DNA from: Squalus acanthias
Taxonomy: Eukaryota
Assembly (NCBI GenBank): GCA_030390025.1
Contig: CM059432.1
Location: 95,792,001-95,856,000, forward strand
DNA length: 64,000 nucleotides
Direction of reading: 5' to 3'
This document shows positions 25,301 to 38,432 of the stretch, piece by piece. Every line of letters begins with the position of its first letter. Position 1 is the stretch's first letter. The position numbers and the translations under genes are program-made. The notes beneath the pieces were generated by a model. It did not search any database and was not told the DNA's origin. It saw only the letters and a list, made by a program, of their open reading frames with translations.

Positions 25301-28300
25301 AACAAATAGTTCAGTTTGATAAGAAAGAGTTGCGTTTGTTGATAAATGGTTGTGTTTGGTTATGAATAGTTGTGTTTCATAAGAGAGAGTTGTGTTCGAT
25401 AATAAATTGTTAATTTGACGATGCGGCAGAGATGGAGAAACTGGGAGAATGGAATAGAGTCCTTACAGGAAGCGGGGTGGGAGGAAGTGTAGTCCAGGTA
25501 GCTGTGGGAGTCAGTGGGCTTATAGTGAATGTTTATCAATAGCCTATCCCAAGAGATGGAGACAGAGAAGTTGAAGAAGGGAAGGGAAGAGTCGGAGATG
25601 GACCATGTGAAGATGAGGGAAGGGTGGAAATTGGAGGCAAAGTGAATGAAATTTTCTAGTTCAGGGCAAGAGCAGGAAACAGCACCGATACAGTCATAAA
25701 TGTACCGGAAAAAGAGGTGAGGGAGGGAACCTGAGTAGGACTGGAACAAAGAATGTTCCACATATCCCACGAAAAGGCAGGCATAGCTGGGATCCATGCG
25801 GGTTCCCATAGCAACACCTTTGATTTGGAGGAAGTGAGTGGAGTCAAAGGAGAAGTTGTTCAATGTGAGAACAAGTTCAGCCAGGCAGAGGAGGGTGGTG
25901 GTGGATGGGGACTGGTTGGGCCTCTGTTCAAGGAAGAAGCGGAGCGCCCTCAGGCCATCCTGGTGGGGGATGGAGGTGTAGAGGGATTGTACGCCCATAT
26001 TGAAAAGGAGGCGGTTGGGGCCAGGAAACTGGAAACTGTTAAAGTGATGGAGGGTGTCGGAAGAGTTGCGGATGTAGGTGGGAAGAGACTGGACAAGGGG
26101 AGAAAAAATAGAGTTGAGATAGGAAGAGATAAGTTCTGTGGGGCAAGAACAGGCTGAAATGATGGGTCTACCGGGGCAGTCCTGTTTGTGGATCTTGGGA
26201 AGGAGGTAGAAGCGGGCTGTGCGGGGTTGGGGAATTATGAGGTTGGCAGCCGTGGGGGGAAGATCTCCAGAGGAGATGAGGTCAGTGAAGGTCTTGGAAA
26301 TGGTGACTTGATGTTCGGTAGTGGGGTCATGGTCCAGGTGGAGGTAGGAGGAGGTGTTGGAGAGTTGGCGTTCAGTCTCCGCTAGGTAGAGGTCGATTCG
26401 CCAAACAACAACAGCACCACCCTTGTCAGCAGGTTTAATGACAATGTCGGGGTTGGATCTGATAGAATGGAGTGCTGCAAGTTCAGAGGGAGGTAGGTTG
26501 GAGTGAGTGAGGGGAGCAGAGAAATGGAGACGGCCGATGTCACGCCGGCAGTTTGCAATGAAAAGATCTAGAGAGGATAAGAGGCCAGAGGGAGGGGTCC
26601 AGGTAGAACGGGAATTCTGAAAACGGGAGAAAGGGTCAGCCCTGCGGGGGGAAGACTCCTGGCCAAAGAAGTGGGCACGGAGACGAAGGCGGAGGAAAAG
26701 AGCTCAGCATCGTGCCGAGCTCGAAATTCATTGAGATGGGGGTGTAAGGGGATGAAGCTCAGGCCTTTGCTAAGGACCGATCGTTTGGGGTCAGAGAGGG
26801 GAAGGTCAAAGGGGATAGTGAAAACAGGGTAGAGGGTGAGATTGGAAGAAGGGATGGGGTCAGAGGAAAGTGAAGGGGAAGAAGGTTCCGGTGGCGTGTT
26901 GGTGTCCAAGAGTTGATGAAGCTTGCGATCCTTGACACCTGAAAGGAAGAAAAAAAGTTTTTTGTTAAAGCGCCGGATGAGGCGAAGGATGAAATGGAAC
27001 TGCGGACCAGGACAGCTTTGAGATAGAGTGAGTCGGTGCTGCTGAAGAGAGAGGCAGAGAGTGTTCATGTGGCGGCGCATGGCATTCAGCGTGGATGAAT
27101 GGAAAGGGAGACTCGATCAGGGGAGTACAGCAGGGCTCCTCCAGAGCGGTCAAGGCAGCGGAACCGTTGCTTTCACACCCTGATAGTCTGTTCGATCAGG
27201 TTCCTGGTGGCGGTATGGCTGTCACTGTATGCGTGCTGAGCAGGAGTGTTGGGGTTGCGGAGGGGTGTCATCAGCCAGGTGGCGAGTAGATAATCCTTGT
27301 CTCTGAGCAGCCAGCCACGAGCTTCATGTGGTGGTTGGAACAGTGCTGGGACACCAGTCTGTCGCAGGGTGAATGCATCGTGGCTGCTGCCAGGATGGCG
27401 GGCATCGACGGCGAGGATGAGCTGCCTGTGGTCGCACACCAACTGAATGTTCAGAGAGTGGTAGCCTTTGCGGTTGTGGAACACCTCTGCATTGTGATGA
27501 GGTGCCCACAATGCCCCGTGGGTGCAGTCAATGGTGCCCTGAACCATGGGGAAGCCCGCTATCCTGGCAAAGCCATATGAGCATTCATCTTGCTTCTCTC
27601 TGGTGATGGGGAATGAGATATACTCACTTCTCCTTCTGTAGAGAGCGTCTGTTAGCTTCTGGAAGCAGCAATGCACGGTGAACTGCGAAATGTTTGCAAT
27701 ATCCCCTGTTGAAGCTTGGAAGGAGCCGCTGGCGTAGAAATTGACAGTGACTGTGACTTTAACTGCCACCGACAGAGACGTCCTGGTCCTGAGCTGAGGC
27801 TGGAGGTCTGGCTGCAGGAGGTGGCAGAGCTCTGTGACCTTCTAAGGCGCTGCTCCTCTGAGAGACAAATGTAGGAGAAGTGCTCCCGGGAAACCCTGAG
27901 AGGGTAAGGCCTCCTGTTGCGAGGTCTGTTGGCCCTCCTCCTACCTCTGGCCACATTTGGCAATCTCTGTCTCTGATCCGCTGCCTCCGACGTAGTTGCC
28001 GGGGGGAAGGTGGAGTGCCAGTACAGCCCCCATAAATGATAGAAAAGAGGACGTAGAAATGTTCAGAGCAATACAAGTGAAGAAACTGTTAGAGAAGCAA
28101 CAAAGCAAAAATGGAGAAAATGTGAACGCAGCCAAAATGCTATCTGACAAGCCAGCAATGAATCTGACCTCCCAATGAATTGGTAAGTGATCCCTTAAAA
28201 TAGCGCCCCAGGAGCAGCAATCCCAGGTATCGACGCCTGCTATTTCTGTTGTTCTCAGCGCCAGGCGGTATGTCAGGGGAAATGACTGAATTTTGCATCC

Positions 28301-31300
28301 AGGGCGCTAACGGGGTGTTGCACACTCATTGATGTCACGGTCAGAGCAGCGCTAGAGGGCCAGGCGCTAAGTGTTAGCACCGGCGCTAATTGCCAACTGA
28401 ATTTCAAGGGCAATGTTGGAATCGCCGTGCCCGGGCGATAAGCTCTTAGGGGTAAAAATTCAGTTGGTTGCGCCTCCCGTTAGCGCCTTAAGAGGGCGCT
28501 AATGGGGCGCAAAGCCACTAACGCCCGGGCGCAGCGATGTTTGCGCCGCTCGGGAACTTAACTAGAGATTGTGCAGCGGCGCTAAACTTTACCGCTGCGA
28601 CCACCTGCGCGCGCAGATTGTGACGTCATTCCATGGTGCAACGCCCTTGTGGCGCCCCGGAGCGGAAATTGAGTGGCGCCCCCTACCTTACCGCCTGGCA
28701 CATCCAACGACCGGAAGACTGGAACGCTATCAATCGCTGTGGGGCTGGGGGAGGCGCTATTTAAAGGGGGCCTCTTCCTGTCTTTTTCTGTGGTTGACAT
28801 TTTTGCACCACTCGTTCTGAGAGAGAGAGAGAGAGATTCGGAGAGAGAGAAAGAGAGACTTCTGCATTGAGTCAACGCTTTGTGAGGTAGTTTTGCCTAC
28901 TGATCCTAACAGTTGGCCCCCCCCCGCTTTAAGAACTGGCCGGCGCCAGTGTGTCTGTGTTCCCTCGCTAACTGGCAGCACCTGCGCTGCGCTCGCGCGC
29001 TGAGTTAGCGCCTCACTGCTCGGCCTTTGCGCCTTAAGACAGGTGTGCAGCGCCTGATTTAGCGCTCCACTCACCTCCCGGGGCGGTAAAAGTGAAGTTT
29101 CCAGTCAGTGGCGATAATTAGCGCCAGGCGCTAATATTTGCGTCCAGACGATATTTGCGCCCCAAATGGGGCGCGACCTAATTTTTCCCCCTTAGTGCCC
29201 CGTTAGTGCCCCCCCCCCCCCAGGCGCTAACAGGAGGCGCTAAAGTACAGAATTTCTAACCCTTTGCATTCTTGGACAGATTTGTGTGAATCGTTGGAAG
29301 TGACTTCGTGAATTGCAGTGAATGGTGAGACATAACGGTTTCCGCGCAATGGTGATGAGTATGAAAGGAATGGCTTGGGCATTGCAGGGATGCTTTATGG
29401 TACTGGTGTGGGGTGGTGCCAACCTCTCTCAGGATGACAGCATTCCTGCTCCCACCACTGCCACTCCGCCATTGCACTTGTCGCAGTCTGTAACTCAGCC
29501 ACCCCAGACTGCTGCCGCTCACGTTGCAACCCAGCCATTTCAGAATGCTGCCGCCCAGGCCCAGAGCTGGTCGAGGGCGTCCTGTAAGGCCATCTGCAGT
29601 CTCTGGCTCCCAGACTCAGCAGCCTATCACCAGCCTTGCTGCAGCCACTGGGGCCACATTACGGAGGGGCAGTGGAGTTGGGAGGGGGGATCTCAAAAGG
29701 GGAGGGAAATCATTGAAGAAGGGGGAGTAAAGAATACTTTAGTAGCAAATGTGTGTTATTAACTTGATGTGTTGTAAATATAGTGGCCCTGAAATTCGCC
29801 TCTCCGGCTTGCCGCGGGAGTAAGGTTGACCTCTGGGCCCACGGGAACTTCAGCTCCTGGGCCTGCTCCAAGTGCCGGCGCGCAGTGCTTGCATGTCCCA
29901 GGGGCGTAGTTAGTGCGATGCGTCCCCTGGGATCACGTGGGCCATGGAGAGCCAATGGCAGCAGACCATCTTTCATTCATAGATTTGACAGGAAGACCTG
30001 TCAAATCTATGAATTGAAATCGGCCCCAAAAGAACAGCTAAACTGCAAATAAATTTTAAAAAAACCATCACATTTATAAAATAACTATAAGTTAAATAAA
30101 TTAACTACTTTAAACAAAAATTTAAATTTTTGAAAAAATTAAAATACTTTTTAATAGTGCTAAAAATAAACTTACCTTTCTTTAAAGTATCTAAAAAAGA
30201 TAAACCTGTTGAAATTTTTTTTTAATTATTATTAATTAACCACTTACCTTGGTGAAAACGGGTCCTGCGCCTCCTTTTTAAAAGCGCAGGTTCTTCAATA
30301 CTTACCCTCCCGGAGAAACCTGAAAAAAAACCTAAGTTTGCTGCGTGCGCGCAGCCTCTACCGCGCACGCGGTTCACCTCTGAACCGCTCCCTTCACCAG
30401 ACCGGAAGTTCCGGTTTCCCGCGCATGCGCAGTGCATGCAGGAAACCGGCACTTCAGGTGGCCTTGCGGGTGAGTACACAGTGCGTACTCACCCGGCAAG
30501 TGCCGAAGTTTTGGCCCAGTGTTGTGTTTGTGAACAAATAGTTATGTTTGTAAATAAATATTTGTGTTTGGCAACAAATAGTTCAGTTTGATAAGAAAGA
30601 GTTGCGTTTGTTGATAAATGGTTGTGTTTGGTTATGAATAGTTGTGTTTCATAAGAGAGAGTTGTGTTCGATAATAAATTGTTAATTTGACGATGCGGCA
30701 GAGATGGAGAAACTGGGAGAATGGAATAGAGTCCTTACAGGAAGCGGGGTGGGAGGAAGTGTAGTCCAGGTAGCTGTGGGAGTCAGTGGGCTTATAGTGA
30801 ATGTTTATCAATAGCCTATCCCAAGAGATGGAGACAGAGAAGTTGAAGAAGGGAAGGGAAGAGTCGGAGATGGACCATGTGAAGATGAGGGAAGGGTGGA
30901 AATTGGAGGCAAAGTGAATGAAATTTTCTAGTTCAGGGCAAGAGCAGGAAACAGCACCGATACAGTCATAAATGTACCGGAAAAAGAGGTGAGGGAGGGA
31001 ACCTGAGTAGGACTGGAACAAAGAATGTTCCACATATCCCACGAAAAGGCAGGCATAGCTGGGATCCATGCGGGTTCCCATAGCAACACCTTTGATTTGG
31101 AGGAAGTGAGTGGAGTCAAAGGAGAAGTTGTTCAATGTGAGAACAAGTTCAGCCAGGCAGAGGAGGGTGGTGGTGGATGGGGACTGGTTGGGCCTCTGTT
31201 CAAGGAAGAAGCGGAGCGCCCTCAGGCCATCCTGGTGGGGGATGGAGGTGTAGAGGGATTGTACGCCCATATTGAAAAGGAGGCGGTTGGGGCCAGGAAA

Positions 31301-34300
31301 CTGGAAACTGTTAAAGTGATGGAGGGTGTCGGAAGAGTTGCGGATGTAGGTGGGAAGAGACTGGACAAGGGGAGAAAAAATAGAGTTGAGATAGGAAGAG
31401 ATAAGTTCTGTGGGGCAAGAACAGGCTGAAATGATGGGTCTACCGGGGCAGTCCTGTTTGTGGATCTTGGGAAGGAGGTAGAAGCGGGCTGTGCGGGGTT
31501 GGGGAATTATGAGGTTGGCAGCCGTGGGGGGAAGATCTCCAGAGGAGATGAGGTCAGTGAAGGTCTTGGAAATGGTGACTTGATGTTCGGTAGTGGGGTC
31601 ATGGTCCAGGTGGAGGTAGGAGGAGGTGTTGGAGAGTTGGCGTTCAGTCTCCGCTAGGTAGAGGTCGATTCGCCAAACAACAACAGCACCACCCTTGTCA
31701 GCAGGTTTAATGACAATGTCGGGGTTGGATCTGATAGAATGGAGTGCTGCAAGTTCAGAGGGAGGTAGGTTGGAGTGAGTGAGGGGAGCAGAGAAATGGA
31801 GACGGCCGATGTCACGCCGGCAGTTTGCAATGAAAAGATCTAGAGAGGATAAGAGGCCAGAGGGAGGGGTCCAGGTAGAACGGGAATTCTGAAAACGGGA
31901 GAAAGGGTCAGCCCTGCGGGGGGAAGACTCCTGGCCAAAGAAGTGGGCACGGAGACGAAGGCGGAGGAAAAGAGCTCAGCATCGTGCCGAGCTCGAAATT
32001 CATTGAGATGGGGGTGTAAGGGGATGAAGCTCAGGCCTTTGCTAAGGACCGATCGTTTGGGGTCAGAGAGGGGAAGGTCAAAGGGGATAGTGAAAACAGG
32101 GTAGAGGGTGAGATTGGAAGAAGGGATGGGGTCAGAGGAAAGTGAAGGGGAAGAAGGTTCCGGTGGCGTGTTGGTGTCCAAGAGTTGATGAAGCTTGCGA
32201 TCCTTGACACCTGAAAGGAAGAAAAAAAGTTTTTTGTTAAAGCGCCGGATGAGGCGAAGGATGAAATGGAACTGCGGACCAGGACAGCTTTGAGATAGAG
32301 TGAGTCGGTGCTGCTGAAGAGAGAGGCAGAGAGTGTTCATGTGGCGGCGCATGGCATTCAGCGTGGATGAATGGAAAGGGAGACTCGATCAGGGGAGTAC
32401 AGCAGGGCTCCTCCAGAGCGGTCAAGGCAGCGGAACCGTTGCTTTCACACCCTGATAGTCTGTTCGATCAGGTTCCTGGTGGCGGTATGGCTGTCACTGT
32501 ATGCGTGCTGAGCAGGAGTGTTGGGGTTGCGGAGGGGTGTCATCAGCCAGGTGGCGAGTAGATAATCCTTGTCTCTGAGCAGCCAGCCACGAGCTTCATG
32601 TGGTGGTTGGAACAGTGCTGGGACACCAGTCTGTCGCAGGGTGAATGCATCGTGGCTGCTGCCAGGATGGCGGGCATCGACGGCGAGGATGAGCTGCCTG
32701 TGGTCGCACACCAACTGAATGTTCAGAGAGTGGTAGCCTTTGCGGTTGTGGAACACCTCTGCATTGTGATGAGGTGCCCACAATGCCCCGTGGGTGCAGT
32801 CAATGGTGCCCTGAACCATGGGGAAGCCCGCTATCCTGGCAAAGCCATATGAGCATTCATCTTGCTTCTCTCTGGTGATGGGGAATGAGATATACTCACT
32901 TCTCCTTCTGTAGAGAGCGTCTGTTAGCTTCTGGAAGCAGCAATGCACGGTGAACTGCGAAATGTTTGCAATATCCCCTGTTGAAGCTTGGAAGGAGCCG
33001 CTGGCGTAGAAATTGACAGTGACTGTGACTTTAACTGCCACCGACAGAGACGTCCTGGTCCTGAGCTGAGGCTGGAGGTCTGGCTGCAGGAGGTGGCAGA
33101 GCTCTGTGACCTTCTAAGGCGCTGCTCCTCTGAGAGACAAATGTAGGAGAAGTGCTCCCGGGAAACCCTGAGAGGGTAAGGCCTCCTGTTGCGAGGTCTG
33201 TTGGCCCTCCTCCTACCTCTGGCCACATTTGGCAATCTCTGTCTCTGATCCGCTGCCTCCGACGTAGTTGCCGGGGGGAAGGTGGAGTGCCAGTACAGCC
33301 CCCATAAATGATAGAAAAGAGGACGTAGAAATGTTCAGAGCAATACAAGTGAAGAAACTGTTAGAGAAGCAACAAAGCAAAAATGGAGAAAATGTGAACG
33401 CAGCCAAAATGCTATCTGACAAGCCAGCAATGAATCTGACCTCCCAATGAATTGGTAAGTGATCCCTTAAAATAGCGCCCCAGGAGCAGCAATCCCAGGT
33501 ATCGACGCCTGCTATTTCTGTTGTTCTCAGCGCCAGGCGGTATGTCAGGGGAAATGACTGAATTTTGCATCCAGGGCGCTAACGGGGTGTTGCACACTCA
33601 TTGATGTCACGGTCAGAGCAGCGCTAGAGGGCCAGGCGCTAAGTGTTAGCACCGGCGCTAATTGCCAACTGAATTTCAAGGGCAATGTTGGAATCGCCGT
33701 GCCCGGGCGATAAGCTCTTAGGGGTAAAAATTCAGTTGGTTGCGCCTCCCGTTAGCGCCTTAAGAGGGCGCTAATGGGGCGCAAAGCCACTAACGCCCGG
33801 GCGCAGCGATGTTTGCGCCGCTCGGGAACTTAACTAGAGATTGTGCAGCGGCGCTAAACTTTACCGCTGCGACCACCTGCGCGCGCAGATTGTGACGTCA
33901 TTCCATGGTGCAACGCCCTTGTGGCGCCCCGGAGCGGAAATTGAGTGGCGCCCCCTACCTTACCGCCTGGCACATCCAACGACCGGAAGACTGGAACGCT
34001 ATCAATCGCTGTGGGGCTGGGGGAGGCGCTATTTAAAGGGGGCCTCTTCCTGTCTTTTTCTGTGGTTGACATTTTTGCACCACTCGTTCTGAGAGAGAGA
34101 GAGAGAGATTCGGAGAGAGAGAAAGAGAGACTTCTGCATTGAGTCAACGCTTTGTGAGGTAGTTTTGCCTACTGATCCTAACAGTTGGCCCCCCCCCGCT
34201 TTAAGAACTGGCCGGCGCCAGTGTGTCTGTGTTCCCTCGCTAACTGGCAGCACCTGCGCTGCGCTCGCGCGCTGAGTTAGCGCCTCACTGCTCGGCCTTT

Positions 34301-37300
34301 GCGCCTTAAGACAGGTGTGCAGCGCCTGATTTAGCGCTCCACTCACCTCCCGGGGCGGTAAAAGTGAAGTTTCCAGTCAGTGGCGATAATTAGCGCCAGG
34401 CGCTAATATTTGCGTCCAGACGATATTTGCGCCCCAAATGGGGCGCGACCTAATTTTTCCCCCTTAGTGCCCCGTTAGTGCCCCCCCCCCCCCAGGCGCT
34501 AACAGGAGGCGCTAAAGTACAGAATTTCTAACCCTTTGCATTCTTGGACAGATTTGTGTGAATCGTTGGAAGTGACTTCGTGAATTGCAGTGAATGGTGA
34601 GACATAACGGTTTCCGCGCAATGGTGATGAGTATGAAAGGAATGGCTTGGGCATTGCAGGGATGCTTTATGGTACTGGTGTGGGGTGGTGCCAACCTCTC
34701 TCAGGATGACAGCATTCCTGCTCCCACCACTGCCACTCCGCCATTGCACTTGTCGCAGTCTGTAACTCAGCCACCCCAGACTGCTGCCGCTCACGTTGCA
34801 ACCCAGCCATTTCAGAATGCTGCCGCCCAGGCCCAGAGCTGGTCGAGGGCGTCCTGTAAGGCCATCTGCAGTCTCTGGCTCCCAGACTCAGCAGCCTATC
34901 ACCAGCCTTGCTGCAGCCACTGGGGCCACATTACGGAGGGGCAGTGGAGTTGGGAGGGGGGATCTCAAAAGGGGAGGGAAATCATTGAAGAAGGGGGAGT
35001 AAAGAATACTTTAGTAGCAAATGTGTGTTATTAACTTGATGTGTTGTAAATATAGTGGCCCTGAAATTCGCCTCTCCGGCTTGCCGCGGGAGTAAGGTTG
35101 ACCTCTGGGCCCACGGGAACTTCAGCTCCTGGGCCTGCTCCAAGTGCCGGCGCGCAGTGCTTGCATGTCCCAGGGGCGTAGTTAGTGCGATGCGTCCCCT
35201 GGGATCACGTGGGCCATGGAGAGCCAATGGCAGCAGACCATCTTTCATTCATAGATTTGACAGGAAGACCTGTCAAATCTATGAATTGAAATCGGCCCCA
35301 AAAGAACAGCTAAACTGCAAATAAATTTTAAAAAAACCATCACATTTATAAAATAACTATAAGTTAAATAAATTAACTACTTTAAACAAAAATTTAAATT
35401 TTTGAAAAAATTAAAATACTTTTTAATAGTGCTAAAAATAAACTTACCTTTCTTTAAAGTATCTAAAAAAGATAAACCTGTTGAAATTTTTTTTTAATTA
35501 TTATTAATTAACCACTTACCTTGGTGAAAACGGGTCCTGCGCCTCCTTTTTAAAAGCGCAGGTTCTTCAATACTTACCCTCCCGGAGAAACCTGAAAAAA
35601 AACCTAAGTTTGCTGCGTGCGCGCAGCCTCTACCGCGCACGCGGTTCACCTCTGAACCGCTCCCTTCACCAGACCGGAAGTTCCGGTTTCCCGCGCATGC
35701 GCAGTGCATGCAGGAAACCGGCACTTCAGGTGGCCTTGCGGGTGAGTACACAGTGCGTACTCACCCGGCAAGTGCCGAAGTTTTGGCCCAGTGTTGTGTT
35801 TGTGAACAAATAGTTATGTTTGTAAATAAATATTTGTGTTTGGCAACAAATAGTTCAGTTTGATAAGAAAGAGTTGCGTTTGTTGATAAATGGTTGTGTT
35901 TGGTTATGAATAGTTGTGTTTCATAAGAGAGAGTTGTGTTCGATAATAAATTGTTAATTTGACGATGCGGCAGAGATGGAGAAACTGGGAGAATGGAATA
36001 GAGTCCTTACAGGAAGCGGGGTGGGAGGAAGTGTAGTCCAGGTAGCTGTGGGAGTCAGTGGGCTTATAGTGAATGTTTATCAATAGCCTATCCCAAGAGA
36101 TGGAGACAGAGAAGTTGAAGAAGGGAAGGGAAGAGTCGGAGATGGACCATGTGAAGATGAGGGAAGGGTGGAAATTGGAGGCAAAGTGAATGAAATTTTC
36201 TAGTTCAGGGCAAGAGCAGGAAACAGCACCGATACAGTCATAAATGTACCGGAAAAAGAGGTGAGGGAGGGAACCTGAGTAGGACTGGAACAAAGAATGT
36301 TCCACATATCCCACGAAAAGGCAGGCATAGCTGGGATCCATGCGGGTTCCCATAGCAACACCTTTGATTTGGAGGAAGTGAGTGGAGTCAAAGGAGAAGT
36401 TGTTCAATGTGAGAACAAGTTCAGCCAGGCAGAGGAGGGTGGTGGTGGATGGGGACTGGTTGGGCCTCTGTTCAAGGAAGAAGCGGAGCGCCCTCAGGCC
36501 ATCCTGGTGGGGGATGGAGGTGTAGAGGGATTGTACGCCCATATTGAAAAGGAGGCGGTTGGGGCCAGGAAACTGGAAACTGTTAAAGTGATGGAGGGCG
36601 TCGGAAGAGTTGCGGATGTAGGTGGGAAGAGACTAGACAAGGGGAGAAAAATTGAGTCGAGATAGGAAGAGATAAGTTCTGTGGGGCAAGAACAGGCTGA
36701 AATGATGGGCGCTAATGGGGCGCAAAGCCGCTAACGCCCGGGCGCAGCGATGTTTGCGCCACTCGGGAACTTAACTAGAGATTGTGCGGCGGCGCTAAAC
36801 TTTACCGCTGCGACCACCTGCGCGCGCAGATTGTGACGTCATTCCATGGTGCAACGCCCTTGTGGCGCCCCGGAGCGGAAATTGAGTGGCGCCCCCTACC
36901 TTACCGCCTGGCGCATCCAACGACCGGAAGACTGGAACGCTATCAATCGCTGTAGGGCTGGGGGGGGCGCTATTTAAAGGGGGCCTCTTCCTGTCTTTTT
37001 CTGTGGTTGACATTTTTGCAGCACTCGTTCTGAGAGAGAGAGAGAGAGATTCGGAGAGAGAGAAAGAGAGACTTCTGCATTGAGTCAACGCTTTGTGAGG
37101 TAGTTTTGCCTACTGATCCTAACAGTTGGACCCCCCCCGCTTTAAGAACTGGCCGGCGCCAGTGTGTCTGTGTTCCCTCGCTAACTGGCAGCACCTGCGC
37201 TGCGCTCGCGTGCTGAGTTAGCGCCTCACTGCTCAGCCTTTGCGCCTTAAGACAGGCGTGCAGCGCCTGATTTAGCGCTCCACTCACCTCCCGGGGCGGT

Positions 37301-38432
37301 AAAAGTGAAGTATCCAGTCAGTGGCGATAATTAGCGCCAGGCGCTAATATTTGCGTCCAGACGATATTTGCGCCCCAAATGGGGCGCGACCTAATTTTTC
37401 CCCCTTAGTGCCCCGTTAGTGCCCCCCCCCCCCCAGGCGCTAACAGGAGGCGCTAAAGTACAGAATTTCTAACCCTTTGCATTCTTGGACAGATTTGTGT
37501 GAATCGTTGGAAGTGACTTCGTGAATTGCAGTGAATGGTGAGACATAACGGTTTCCGCGCAATGGTGATGAGTATGAAAGGAATGGCTTGGGCATTGCAG
37601 GGATGCTTTATGGTACTGGTGTGGGGTGGTGCCAACCTGGTGCATCATGTGACAGCCAGGGTGTGCAGCATCAAGTGAAGTAAAAGTGGCCAAGGTGAGG
37701 CCATCCCTGGCCTCCCGGCCAGCAATGTGGTCGGGTGCTGATGCCCTGTGTCCTGTGCAGCCTCAGGTGATTGCGGAGAAGGTTGGTGTTGCTGTTGGTG
37801 CTGTTGGTGTGCCTGATGCTGCTGGTGTTGGGGCTGATTGTGGTGGGATTCTGAGGACCAAGGTGAGATAGTTTCAAGGGCACCAATGCTCATGTAATAG
37901 ATGGCAGGTTAACTTGAGATGACAGAAGCGATCTGTGAATGGTGAGAGACATTGTTCCAATGAGGTGACACTGGATCGAGAGTTTACTCCAAACACTTGC
38001 AACCTGCATAAAGCTCAATCTGTCTTCTAAATGCAGTAAGCAACAGCTTCTGAGCTTGGAAAGTGAACAGCTGTGAGATGGGAGCTTTTGTAGCACATTT
38101 GCAGCTGTCAAGTAATGAGATGATGCCATGGTCATACAACTCCCGACCTGCTTACCTGACGTGATCCCCGAGCAGCTTGGACCCAGTAGGCGACCTTGTA
38201 AAATGTAAAGGTGAGCTCAAAATACTTCTTAATGAGGTGTTAATAAGGTCATAATGACCTGAATTGCGTCCCCCACTGCTGCGTGTTGGGTTTGTTCAGT
38301 GTTTACAGACCCGACATCTGGTAAAGGCGTGTGGTGACGGGTTGACAGCGGGGTCCCGACTCGTCAAAAAAAACATTTTTCCCACCTGACCCGCCACTGA
38401 ATGCACCTGCTGACCCCCCAAAAATTCTCCCC

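Larger units (their letters stand above)
4579..37475. mobile_element. Harbinger B, defective, formerly autonomous; inserted in A; right end present six times (first at 13445)
   Basis: TIRs GGGGGAAAAATTCGG / CAGAATTTCTAACCC (11/15); TSD TTT at 4576-4578 and 37476-37478; convergent Myb and transposase pseudogenes. Confidence 0.88.
8282..37638 (+). repeat. Tandem array of six units: 8282-13605, 13606-18878, 18879-24150, 24151-29422, 29423-34694, 34695-37638 (last one internally deleted)
   Basis: The ORF track recurs at a 5272/5273-bp period; identical junction GCCAA-CCT-CTCTCAGG at each unit boundary. Confidence 0.97.
3802..38432. mobile_element. Harbinger A, internally deleted, outermost element of the nest (own sequence 3802-4578 plus 37476-38432)
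   Basis: TIRs GGGCTGGATTTT / AAAATTCTCCCC (9/12); TSD ATG at 3799-3801 and 38433-38435; flanks rejoin into one CR1 fragment. Confidence 0.75.

Noticed and set aside
37645..37893. His/Gln-rich protein gene
   Set aside because: It lies inside A, convergent with A's Myb remnant; more likely a residual transposase 5' region with no catalytic motifs.
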